Shown here: positions 9,573-18,973 of the stretch, piece by piece
Position numbering within the stretch: position 1 is the stretch's first letter
Layout of the letters: the number at the start of each line of letters is the position of its first letter
Assembly (NCBI GenBank): GCA_963803975.1
Contig: CAWDOY010000032.1
Location: forward strand, 1-21,614
From: an uncultured delta proteobacterium
GTDB lineage: Bacteria > Desulfobacterota > WTBG01 > CAIYCZ01
Length of the DNA: 21,614 nt
Direction: 5' to 3'
Translations under genes and position numbers: made by a program
Notes under the pieces: generated by a model
The model's database searches: none
The model's input: the letters and a program-made list of their open reading frames with translations, nothing else
Told to the model about the DNA's origin: nothing

Positions 9573-11940
9573 ATGAAACAAGGAACTATCAGTAAACCAG
9601 CTCGAAAAATATTCCTGATAATCTTCATGTCGGCCCTGTATTTCTGCGGAACTGCAGCTCAATCGGTTGCAGCAGACTATCCCGACAGCCCTTGAAACTA
9701 TTCACTGGCACTTGATGGTTCGCACTGGGAGCGGGTCAATGCCTCCGGGCTTTGGATAACATTAACAATATGTCAGTAGTGGCAATGGCAGAATATCAGG
9801 GGCACCTGTATGCCCTGACCAGGAACCAGGTACAGGGCTGTGAAGTATGGCGGACTAACAGCTCCGGCGGATGGGAGCAGGTGCTGTTTCCTGGAGGGGT
9901 TACCAATGGCGTTTATGGCAATCCGTGGATCAATAATGTGTGGGCCCGGATGATCGTGTTTAACGGAAAGCTGTATTTCGGTTTTTCTTCAGGCCTGCAG
10001 GGAGACTATCTCGGGTCAACCGGGTGCTGAGATATGGCGATATGACGGAACCACCTGGGAACCGGTTATTTCTGACATGAGAGACGTTGATGAAACTGGA
10101 ACAATAACCGGAATCTCCAGCTGTGCTCGTTAACGACGGGAGCACAACCGCGACGATTACCGACAGCTACGCAGACCTGGACAGCCAATCAGTGGGCAGG
10201 CGGTGTGCTGCAGATAACCTCGGGGAGCGGTAAATTCAGAAAGTTCAGAATTATCAGCAATACAGCAATACCCTTACCATCCAGCAGAATGAAACTGCCG
10301 GTACATACAATACTTCAGGGCAGGAGACCGAAGTTCACCGGTTGTGCGAGCAAGACCTACAATAACCCGTTCCCTACAATATTCCTATACCCTTGGTGCT
10401 GTTGATGTGGGAGATGCTTATGAAATCGGTATGGCTACTGATGAAAACGGGTTTGGCGATTTCTGGAACAAGACCATCACCGCTATGCGGATATTTAATA
10501 ACAAGCTGTATGTTAGTACCGGCCTCAATTATGAGTATGGCGGGCAGATATGGTACACGGAAAATGGTGATGACTGGTATGTAACCGCTTCAACGATAAA
10601 CGTTCCCGCACCGTATAATTTTAACAGCTTTGGAAATTTCCATACGGGTGCCGTTGGTGCCGCATATCCAGGAGGCTACAAACCAGTATCGAGTAGTGTA
10701 ACAGACCTTATTGTTTCATCAGTTTCAGGGACTCCGGTGCTGTATGCAGGTGGAACAGGGACAACAGGAGATCCTGCGCAGGGCGGCCTTGGCGGCTGCG
10801 CAAGAGTGGCACGGCTCACAGCCAACGGCTGGGAAATGATTGTTGATATTAATGTTGACACTAATACTACCGGCTCTAATGAAAACGGTTTTGGCAGCCC
10901 GTCAGACATGCGCAACAAATACGTACAACTTTCAGGCATGGAGTTTTGCTGATTTCAGCAATAAGCTTGTAGCCGGTATTGTGGGGGATGGGCGCACGAG
11001 TGGTATATGCCCCAAGCGGACTTGCGGATATTAAAAATGACGGAAGCTGGCATTACAGTGTTGGCCAGGGCAATATAGATCCTCTGGATCCCAGTTACGT
11101 TGATCCTCTTGGAACTTCTCCTTATCCCAATGGATTTGATGGCTATCAATATACTGCAAATCCTTAGGGTCACTGTACCAGAACATTGCAGTTAACCTCT
11201 TTCCGTTTGGCAATACCCTGTATGGCGGGATGATTACCCAGTATGTTCCTGAATTTGACGTTCCACCGGGCTCAAGTCTTATCCCACCTGATTTAAGCCA
11301 ACTAAACGGCTCCCAGATATGGAAAACGTCGGATGTAGCAACATGGACACAGGTAACCAATAACGGGTTTGGCGATAAAGATATTATAAATTTTGAAGGT
11401 TTTGCTGATTTTAACGGCCAGCTGTATGTCTCCGGCAGCAAGGGCGCAAGTTCAACACCCTCAGGGCTTGGCGGCGCAAAGATTTTCCGGCAGGTTTCTG
11501 CAGCAGTGTGCGGCAATGGATGTATAGAGCTGGGCGAGCAGTGCGAGACCAATGCAGACTGCCCGAATGGCAAGGTTTGCAATAACTGCCAGTGCGTGGA
11601 GCAACCGACGCTGATAGAACTTACCGGCTTTGATGCACAGGGCGCATGGAGACGCATCATCCTGAACTGGACCACCGCATCGGAGAAGGACAATGCCGGG
11701 TTTAACATCTACCGGGCGGAAACTGAAAACGGCGAGTATGTGAAGATTAATGCTGCGCTCATTCCTGCAAAGGGCAGCGTGGCACAGGGGGCGGCATACA
11801 AATTTGTTGACTGGTCGGTTGAGAAAGGAAAAACCTACTACTATAAGCTTGAAGATGTTGATATGTCAGGCATTGCCACGCTGCATGGACCGGCGAGCGC
11901 AACGGCAAAGTCGCTGTATATGATGATGTTTGGAAAATAA
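9573..11940 (+). CDS. Secreted protein B: signal peptide + GFG-repeat beta-propeller with inserted beta module + Cys-rich linker + shared C-terminal module; many frameshifts
   Basis: MKQGTISKPARKIFLIIFMSALYFCGTAAQSVAA signal after AAGGAGG. Recurring blades W..V...GFG..N / F.G.LY / G..IW across ORFs 9752-10030, 10344-10952, 10979-11167 and 11230-11940. Collinear with the propeller of protein C. Confidence 0.78.
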
Positions 11941-11966
11941 GTAGCACAGGAAAACGCTCATACATA

Positions 11967-12000
11967 AAAAGGCAGTTGTCCATTACGGCTACTGCCTTTT
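11967..12000 (+). terminator. Rho-independent terminator
   Basis: aaaaggcagt-tgtccattacggct-actgcctttt stem-loop after stop 11940. Confidence 0.75.
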
Positions 12001-12113
12001 GTTAATTAAGCGTCAGATTTTTCAGAGCAATAAGGATAAGCTTGCTTTTTAGCAGTACGTTGCAAGATAATAGTATCGAATTGGTAAAAAACACTAATTT
12101 ATCAGGAGGTCGT

Positions 12114-15100
12114 ATGACAAGGAGAGCAAAAAGAATAAATTACTTCATGGTTATTTTTGCGCTTATATCTCTTTTTGCATTTACCGGCAGTGCTTCTGCA
12201 CAATGTGATCCAATTGCGATCATTACATATGTGCCATTACAAACCGCACTTGATGCCATGAACAGTGACAGTCAGGTAACGGTAACACAAGTAAATGTAC
12301 CGAGCTGGACCAGTGACCCAAAATATTATTATGAATTTACACCGGCCAGCGGATCTCCGACTGAAGCTTTAATTATTTATCCCGGAGCGTGTCTTGATGC
12401 CCGTGCTTATGCAGTGCTGGCCCATGACATTGCTGCAGCCGGCTATCTGGTAGCAATTGTCCCCATGCCCGGCTACATAGCTATCTTAGGCAATCAGAGG
12501 CGGGCTGATGCAGTTATCAGCAACCATCCGGAAATAGCAACGTGGTCCATCGGCGGTCATTCCCTTGGGGGAGTAGGCGCATGCTCGTACGTTACCGGAA
12601 ATAATACACATTCCAATAAAATTAACGGCATTGTTTTATGGGCCTCATATCCCGTCTGCATCACTTAACACCAAGCCGGTAAAGGTCATATCCATCTGGG
12701 GCACAAATGACGCGTATACAACCAGTGCTAAAATTGATGCTTCAAAACCCAATCTGCCGGCAGATACGCGCTATGTTGCTCTTCAGGGAGCAAACCATTC
12801 CCAGTTCGGTGCCTATGGCTTCAGCGCTACAGATTATACATTTGTGCAGCCTAATCCTGCTCCTGGCGACAACCCGGCTACCATTACCCGGCAGCAGCAG
12901 ACTGACCTGATTGTCAGTTACACTACTCAACTTTTTGGATTCACTAACACCGCATACTGTTCCTGCTGCTCTTGAGACCATTACTGCTGAGGATGGTTCC
13001 ACATGGGAGCGGGTATCCGCTCCCGGCTTTGGAGACCGCAATAATACTGATGTTGTCAGCTGACCCCGTTTCAGGGAAACCTTTATGCCTTGACCAGAAA
13101 TGATGAGACAGGGTTTGAACTGTGGAAGACGTCGGTGGACATGGATGGCAGCGCATTACGGTGCAGGGCTTTACGGATCAAAATGCTATTTTACGGCTAT
13201 TTAAAGAATCCTCTGTTGGCCCACGATATGGTCCGGCATTGAAATACAACCTCAATATGAATATTTGGGGAGATATGATTGAGTTTAAGGGCTATTTGTA
13301 TGTGGCTGTATCTACCGGCTATCAGGGATCGGCATTATTTGGCTCTCAGGGAACAATGATTTGGAGAACAGATGGTGTCCAGTGGGAACCGGTTATAGGA
13401 CGTGGCTTACTCATGACGTGACCGGCACTATGACTGCAATTGACAGCTGTGGAATTAATCGACGGATCCTATACCGCAACCTTTACTGATAGTAGCAAAA
13501 ACTGGGTGGTCAACAGTCTGGCAGGCAGCACGCTGACGGTTGAATCAACATACACTGCAACAACGCACGGTACCAGCTGGTTTAATTGTGCCGGGGTTGA
13601 GACTTTTTAAAATCATTTCAAATACTAATAATACTATTACCGTTCAGGAAGACGAGAGGGCAAAATGCAACACAATACACAGTCTGCGCAGAACATGCAG
13701 GTGGTGGTGATACGGGAAGAGCCAGAAGTTTTGTAGCCGGATTTACTACCGGCGCTGCTTACAGAATTGATATCGGCCCCAGCAGCCAGGGCTTTGGCGA
13801 GATGTGGAACAAATCAATTATTGATCTTGAAATCCTGAATAATGAACTGTATGCCTCTATTGGTCTTAATTATGAAAAGGGTGCCCGCGTCATGAAAACC
13901 AGTGACGGAGTTACCTGGGTAGCGGATTCCGCAGTACAGTATGGGAAACATCCATGGTTATGACTGGCACAATGACATACCCATTCCCAGTGGTCAATGC
14001 CCCGACTCCGGCTATGATAGTACAAGAAATGTACCAGTAAGCTCGAGTGCAACCAAAATGGTTAAGTCAAGCGTGAACGGTGGTGTGGAAAAACTTTTTA
14101 TCGGTGGTACGGGAACAGCAGGCTGTAACGGCAGAGGAGCAAGAATATACCGCCGTGATGACAATGGCTGGAACCCGATTGTTGATGTCCTGGTGGATAC
14201 TAATACAACCGGGACCAATGAAAACGGATTTGGCTGGGACTCGGGGGGTGATTTCTTTGTAAGTGCTTTCCAGGCATGGAGCTGGGCGGAATATGATGGA
14301 CTGCTGTTTGTGGCTATAGTAAGGCTTGAAGGGGGCGGCATGATAATGTACACTCCGACAGGCGCGGATGTAGATGGGTCGTGGCTCTTTAGCATGGGAA
14401 GCACACCTAATGTCGTACCCCCTGCTCCGATTAACGTTCCCCCTACGTATGACCCAGTATATACCGGATTTGGTGATGTTTTAAATACAGGCGGATACCT
14501 GCATACTTACAATGGTGCTCTCTATTTTGGGTCACTGGTAACCAATCTGAGTACATATTATTCAAATTTACCTGATGGCGCTGACATCTGGAAAGGTACG
14601 GGCCAGGGAGCAAACTTAAGCTGGACACTTGTCAACGATAATGGCTTTGGCGATGCGACGGTTCTGCAGTTTCAATCATTTGCTGATTACGGTAATACGA
14701 TGTATGTTGCGGCTGCCACAGTAAACCCCTCAGATTTTCATGGTCAGGAGCCGCCAAACTATACCGGCGCAAAAATTTACCGTCTTCAGGCGCCGGTAAC
14801 TACGACAACAACTACAGCCCCGGTGACGACAACTACAACGGCTGCTGAAACGACAACCACAACAGCCCCGTTGACTACGACCACAACAATGTTGCCAACC
14901 CTCATCGATCTGAGCAGTTTTAATGCTAAGGGAATATGGCGGTTTGTGATCCTGACCTGGAAGACTGAATCAGAAGTTAACAATGCCGGATTTAATATCT
15001 ACCGTGCAGAATGCTGAAGATGGGGAATATGTGAAGATAAATGCTTCGCTGATCCCGGCAAAGGGTTCCACGACTGAAGGCGCGAGCTACCGCTATATTG

Positions 15101-15240
15101 ACCAGACTGCAAAGAGAGGGACAACGTACTATTACAAGCTGGAAGATGTTGACATGTCAGGCAGTGCGACAATGCATGGGCCGGTCAGCGCCGGCACCTG
15201 GTCTCTATTAAGTCTTTTCAAGAAAATAGAGCTGAAATAG
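12114..15240 (+). CDS. Secreted protein C: signal peptide + alpha/beta hydrolase (Abhydrolase_5-like) + GFG-repeat beta-propeller + Thr-rich linker + shared C-terminal module; many frameshifts
   Basis: AGGAGG RBS then MTRRAKRINYFMVIFALISLFAFTGSASA. Hydrolase motifs IIYPGA, GGHSLGG (Ser 12561), WGTND (Asp 12709), GANHSQFGAYG (His 12796). A one-base correction near 12928 reads straight on as ..NFLDSLTPHTVPAALETITAEDGSTWERVSAPGFG. C-terminus lies in ORFs 13941-15017 and 14983-15240. Confidence 0.75.
14790..14891 (+). repeat. Low-complexity Thr-rich linker, about 4x (A-P/A-x-T5-6)
   Basis: Encodes APVTTTTTTAPVTTTTTAAETTTTTAPLTTTTTM with varied Thr codons. Confidence 0.85.
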
Positions 15241-15260
15241 TGTTATAAAGACAATGCAGA

Positions 15261-15292
15261 GGCAGAGGTCGTAAAAGCCTCTGCCCTTTTTT
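15261..15292 (+). terminator. Rho-independent terminator between convergent genes
   Basis: ggcagaggt-cgtaaaa-gcctctgcc followed by ctttttt. Confidence 0.8.
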
Positions 15293-15324
15293 ACTATAAC
15301 AATGTACTTACCCGTTTACTGCTT

Positions 15325-15906
15325 TTACACTATGGCCTCGCCAAACTTCTTCCCCAGCGCGAACAGCTCATTGTAAATATCCGGGAACTCCTCCTTCGTA
15401 ACAACCACGCCGCCCATGCCTTCGGCAAACTCGCCGACTACCGTGTATTCATAATAATCAAGAACCAGGCGGATATTTGCCGCGGCCTTTTCATGGTCAG
15501 CGCCGCCTGACACCGCGATGATAAACGAGGGCCGTCCCTTGAACGGGCGCGTTCCATGGCCCTCAGCGGCAAGGTAGGTTTCGCCCTTGCCGGTGTGACA
15601 GGTAGGCACCGAGCGGTCGATGAAGTTTTTCAGCGGCCCCGGCACATTGCCGAAGTAGGTGGGGGAGGCAATGATCAATGCCTTTGCCTCAAACATCTTC
15701 TCCAAAGCCGCGGTCATGTCATCATCCTGCCAGCATTTGCCCGGCGTCTTGTATTTGCACGCCTGGCAGCTGATGCAGTGGCCGATCTTCATGAACGCGG
15801 GCCAGATAATTTCATGTGACCTGCCGGCCCCGTCCAGCACTGCCTGCAGCACGCTGTGCGTGGTCATGTGTTTGCGCGGGCTTCCGCAGATTGCTAAAAT
15901 ATCCAT
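15325..15906 (-). CDS. Flavodoxin-family / iron-sulfur flavoprotein (Isf-like, NADPH-dependent FMN reductase fold)
   Basis: ICGSPRK FMN-phosphate loop, CISCQACKYKTPGKC (CX2CX2CX7C), DDM, IASPTYFGNVPGPLKNFIDR. Confidence 0.9.
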   Translation of the reverse strand: MDILAICGSPRKHMTTHSVLQAVLDGAGRSHEIIWPAFMKIGHCISCQACKYKTPGKCWQDDDMTAALEKMFEAKALIIASPTYFGNVPGPLKNFIDRSVPTCHTGKGETYLAAEGHGTRPFKGRPSFIIAVSGGADHEKAAANIRLVLDYYEYTVVGEFAEGMGGVVVTKEEFPDIYNELFALGKKFGEAIV

Positions 15907-15943
15907 GCAGGTTCCTTTCCTTTGTGCTTATGTTATTTGCATG

Positions 15944-15980
15944 AAAAAGCCCCGGTGTCTTTTGTCTGACAGCGGGGCTT
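15944..15980 (-). terminator. Rho-independent terminator after the GGR-like gene
   Basis: On the minus strand: aagccccgctgtc-agacaaaa-gacaccggggcttttt. Confidence 0.7.
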
Positions 15981-16006
15981 ATGCAATCCTGATATTTGAA
16001 AAGCTA

Positions 16007-17332
16007 TTATGCTTTCTGCGACTGGCCGATAACGGTCGCGATCATGCCCATGTCTCCGTCGATGATCTGCTGCATCCGCTGCTTCAGCGCGTCCGGAACT
16101 TCCGGCATGGCGATGAACTGCTCCATCACCACCTTGGTGAAGTCATAGGGCGTTGCGTCCGCCTCGTCAACCACGATGGGGTTTTTCTCGGAGAGCTCAA
16201 ACAGGAAGTCGAGCTCCTTCACCGAGAAGAAGCGCGGGAAGAGCACGCGCTTGGTGTAGTCTGCCATGCGCTTGGGATTCTTGATCCACTCAAAATGATT
16301 GGCCCACCATTCATTATATCCTTCAAAACCCTTCTTGCCTTTCAGCTCCTCCTCCATGTAGACCGCGCCCATGTAGCCGGCCATGGTGGCGCACTGGTAG
16401 AGGCACTCGGCAAATGCCGCGGAGTCGCCCACGAACAGGACATTTCCCAGGTACGGCGTGATGATGGGGGTCATCATGTCCACCACGGCGCCGCTTTTGT
16501 CGATAATCTCAGCGTGCTTGAACCAGCTCGCGAACGGTCCCTTCTGGGTGAAATACTCGATAAGCTCGGTTGCTGATGAAGCGGGCAGCACGGACATGGT
16601 CTCAAGCCGGTAGGCTTTTTTGCCGCTCATGCTCGGCACCATGATGAGCGCGCCCTGGCGGCCGCCGAAGTTCTTGCCGCCGAAAAAGAACATGTCGCCG
16701 CGGTCATAGGGCGTTTCCACGCCATTCATTTCCCACTCGATGGACGGGCCCTTGCCGAACGGGGTGCGGTTCCGGTTTACCCCCAGGTGCCGGGCAATGC
16801 GCGACCCGAGCCCGTCAGCGGCAATCAGCTTTCTGGCGGTCAGGGTCCTGGTCTTGCCGTTGGTGCGGGCAATAATCTCCACCTCATTTTCAGTCTGCTT
16901 GGCCCTGAGCACCAGGGTTTCGGGAAGAAACTTGGCCCCGCTTTTTTTTGCCCACGCGTAGCGGTCCTTAAAACAATTGTTGGGAACAAACAAATGGTAA
17001 AAAGGCTTCTTCCGGGTGCTTGCCTGCCAGTGTTTCCCCGTGTCTGAGAACATGTGAGAATGATGAATGCCTTCCATGGGCATGGAATACTCGACGCTGA
17101 ACCCGCTGTCGGTATAATGCAGCAGGGTCTTGTTCCCGGCCGGCTCCATCTTGATATATTCATTATTGAACGACTGATCGAGGAAGCAGTATCCCGACGC
17201 GGTCCGGATATTCTCATCGAGCCGCGGCTTTTTATCAATGCCAAGAACGTTTATGCCGCGCTTCGCCAGCTCACCGCATGCCATCAATCCCGTAGGTCCG
17301 CATCCCACCACTAATACATCATAATCGGCCAT
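16007..17332 (-). CDS. NAD(P)/FAD-dependent oxidoreductase, geranylgeranyl-reductase/FixC-like superfamily
   Basis: YDVLVVGCGPTG, LIAADGLGSRIARHLG, NVLFVGDSAA; intact 441 aa with GGAGG RBS. Confidence 0.85.
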   Translation of the reverse strand: MADYDVLVVGCGPTGLMACGELAKRGINVLGIDKKPRLDENIRTASGYCFLDQSFNNEYIKMEPAGNKTLLHYTDSGFSVEYSMPMEGIHHSHMFSDTGKHWQASTRKKPFYHLFVPNNCFKDRYAWAKKSGAKFLPETLVLRAKQTENEVEIIARTNGKTRTLTARKLIAADGLGSRIARHLGVNRNRTPFGKGPSIEWEMNGVETPYDRGDMFFFGGKNFGGRQGALIMVPSMSGKKAYRLETMSVLPASSATELIEYFTQKGPFASWFKHAEIIDKSGAVVDMMTPIITPYLGNVLFVGDSAAFAECLYQCATMAGYMGAVYMEEELKGKKGFEGYNEWWANHFEWIKNPKRMADYTKRVLFPRFFSVKELDFLFELSEKNPIVVDEADATPYDFTKVVMEQFIAMPEVPDALKQRMQQIIDGDMGMIATVIGQSQKA

Positions 17333-17394
17333 ATCTCTAATAACCTCCCTTTAGTAATTTTCTAAAACTGTTTGTCGCTGAGCGCTCAGCGTTT

Positions 17395-18874
17395 TTAACA
17401 TGAGAAACAGAGCTTCCCGGGGTTCATAATATTGTTCGGGTCGATTTCCTTTTTTATCTGTTTCAGCTTTATGGCGTAATCAGCAGCCCGGCCATAGACC
17501 ATTTCCGCCCAGGGGCCGTAGGGCCGGTCAAAGTATGCGCCGGAGTTCATGAGAGCGGTCGAAGACTTGAGCCACAGCTCCTTTACCGAATTCCACTCGC
17601 GCTCGTCAGCAGGGCTGCAGTGCAGATCAAACTCGCAGTGGATGCCGCGGCCGCGCTCCAGCGGCAGAAGATACATGCCGATGTCAGCGCGCGGATAGCT
17701 GTACTTGTCCGCCAGCTCTTTTATCGCCTGCTCAAGCGCTGTTATCTTGTTCAGCGGCGCCTTGAAGGTGAGATCGTGCACTGAGCCGCGGTAGTTAAAT
17801 TTCTTCAGTATCTTCCAGGGCCGCAGCAGCTCAGCCCGCAATCACGTTCTCTGCGCCCGGGATGTTGGGCAGTCCCTGCAGCACTTTGACGTTCAGCACG
17901 TCGCAGATTTCGTGCAGCGCTTCTTCCTCGTAGGCGATCTTTTCTTCAGGGTGGCGCGGGGAGCTCTGGATGCTGAGGATGAGCGTCCAGGCTGGAAGCT
18001 CGCTGCGCAGCCGGGCAAATTCCTCAGAGGCCGCAGCCGCGGCAGGGAAGTCCTTGGGCACCTGCCAGCCGTCGTTCAGAAGGGCTGCCATGTTGAAGCG
18101 GTTCAGGAGAAAACATTCCATGCCGATTTCCCGGCGCTGAATCCTTGAGAGCGGCTCAACAGCTTGTGAGAGCTCATCAAAGGGCAGGAAGAATATCTTG
18201 CGCATTTCCGGTATGGGGTTTATGTGCAGCGCCATCTTGGTCATGATGCCCAGCGTCCCCTGGGCTGCTGACCAGAGCCTGCTGATCAAGGTTCTGATGG
18301 GGCCGTTCGGGCCTCCGGCCTTGCCGCCGGTTGCCCAGTTGCCGGTGCGGAACAGCTCGCCGGTGGGCAGGATTATCTCGGTGTCCATGATCAGGGCATT
18401 GCCGTATTCAAAGCTGGCCGCGGCAAGCACCGGGTCGCGCTCAAGATAGCTTGAGAGCACGGAGCGGTCCGCTGGAACGCCGAACGGCACCATGATGTAA
18501 TAGCCCCTTTTAACCATGGCATCCTGCAGCTGCTGGTAGGTGACGCCCGGCTCAACAATGACAAACCAGTTTTCTTCATCAACCTCGATGATCTTATTCA
18601 TCTTCGACAGGTTGAGAATTACCCCGCCCTGATCGGGAATGGTGGCGCCGTGCAGGTTTTTACCCGAGCTGTAGGGAATCACCGGGGTCAGGGTCTTGTT
18701 GGCCAGCTTTACCACGTCCTGCACCTGCTCAACGGTCTCGGCATATGCCACCAGGGTCGGCTTCCTGTGGGGCACGAAGCTCTGGTCCTGCGCGTACTGG
18801 CCCAGGGTCTTATCATCATCAAAAACATTTTTCTTCCCTACTATTTTTTCTAACTCGCTTTTCTGGATTGCCAT
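17395..18874 (-). CDS. FAD-binding oxidoreductase (VAO/PCMH / GlcD-like superfamily), frameshift near 17835
   Basis: N-terminal PCMH-type FAD domain (P.LVAYAETVEQVQDVVKLAN, PYSSG, LNLSKMNKIIEVD, VEPGVTY, GTLGIMTKM) and C-terminal IKKEIDPNNIMNPGKL in ORF 17395-17841. Confidence 0.88.
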
Positions 18875-18893
18875 GATTTCTCCTTACCGTTAT

Positions 18894-18973
18894 ATTCGTG
18901 ACTCGTGGTTCGGGACTCGTGATTCGCGGCCGGAAATTATCCCTAACCCCTAATCCCGAACCCCTAATCACTA
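18894..18973. repeat. Intergenic inverted repeat of 5+5 heptamer units
   Basis: Left arm attcgtg/actcgtg/gttcggg/actcgtg/attcgcg; right arm atcccta/accccta/atcccga/accccta/atcacta; core gttcggga pairs with tcccgaac. Confidence 0.8.

Noticed and set aside
9693..9695. In-frame TGA after the signal peptide of protein B, with DGSHWERV resuming in the same frame; possible selenocysteine or readthrough
   Set aside because: Paralog C reads LETIT here, and CTT GAA ACT ATT (LETI) is present one base off-frame in B. Three compensating single-base insertions explain it, and I see no SECIS-like hairpin.
12114..12140. Tat signal in MTRRAKR
   Set aside because: Lacks the RRxFLK consensus; it looks like a basic Sec n-region with an ASA cleavage site.
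9024..15240. Three similar C-terminal DNA segments as a DGR TR/VR set or as bona fide T9SS CTDs
   Set aside because: Differences are not adenine-specific and all copies are coding. The canonical T9SS type A CTD (YPNP...G.Y......K) is absent after the module.
15659..16576. 305-aa plus-strand ORF and other long antisense ORFs (1966-2490, 11031-11708, 20172-20729)
   Set aside because: They are shadows of well-supported genes on the opposite strand, with no recognisable motifs or RBS.
16007..17332. Calling this a true geranylgeranyl or archaeal-type lipid reductase
   Set aside because: Only the general flavin-binding motifs are present; the diagnostic YxWxFP motif is missing, so no specific name was assigned.
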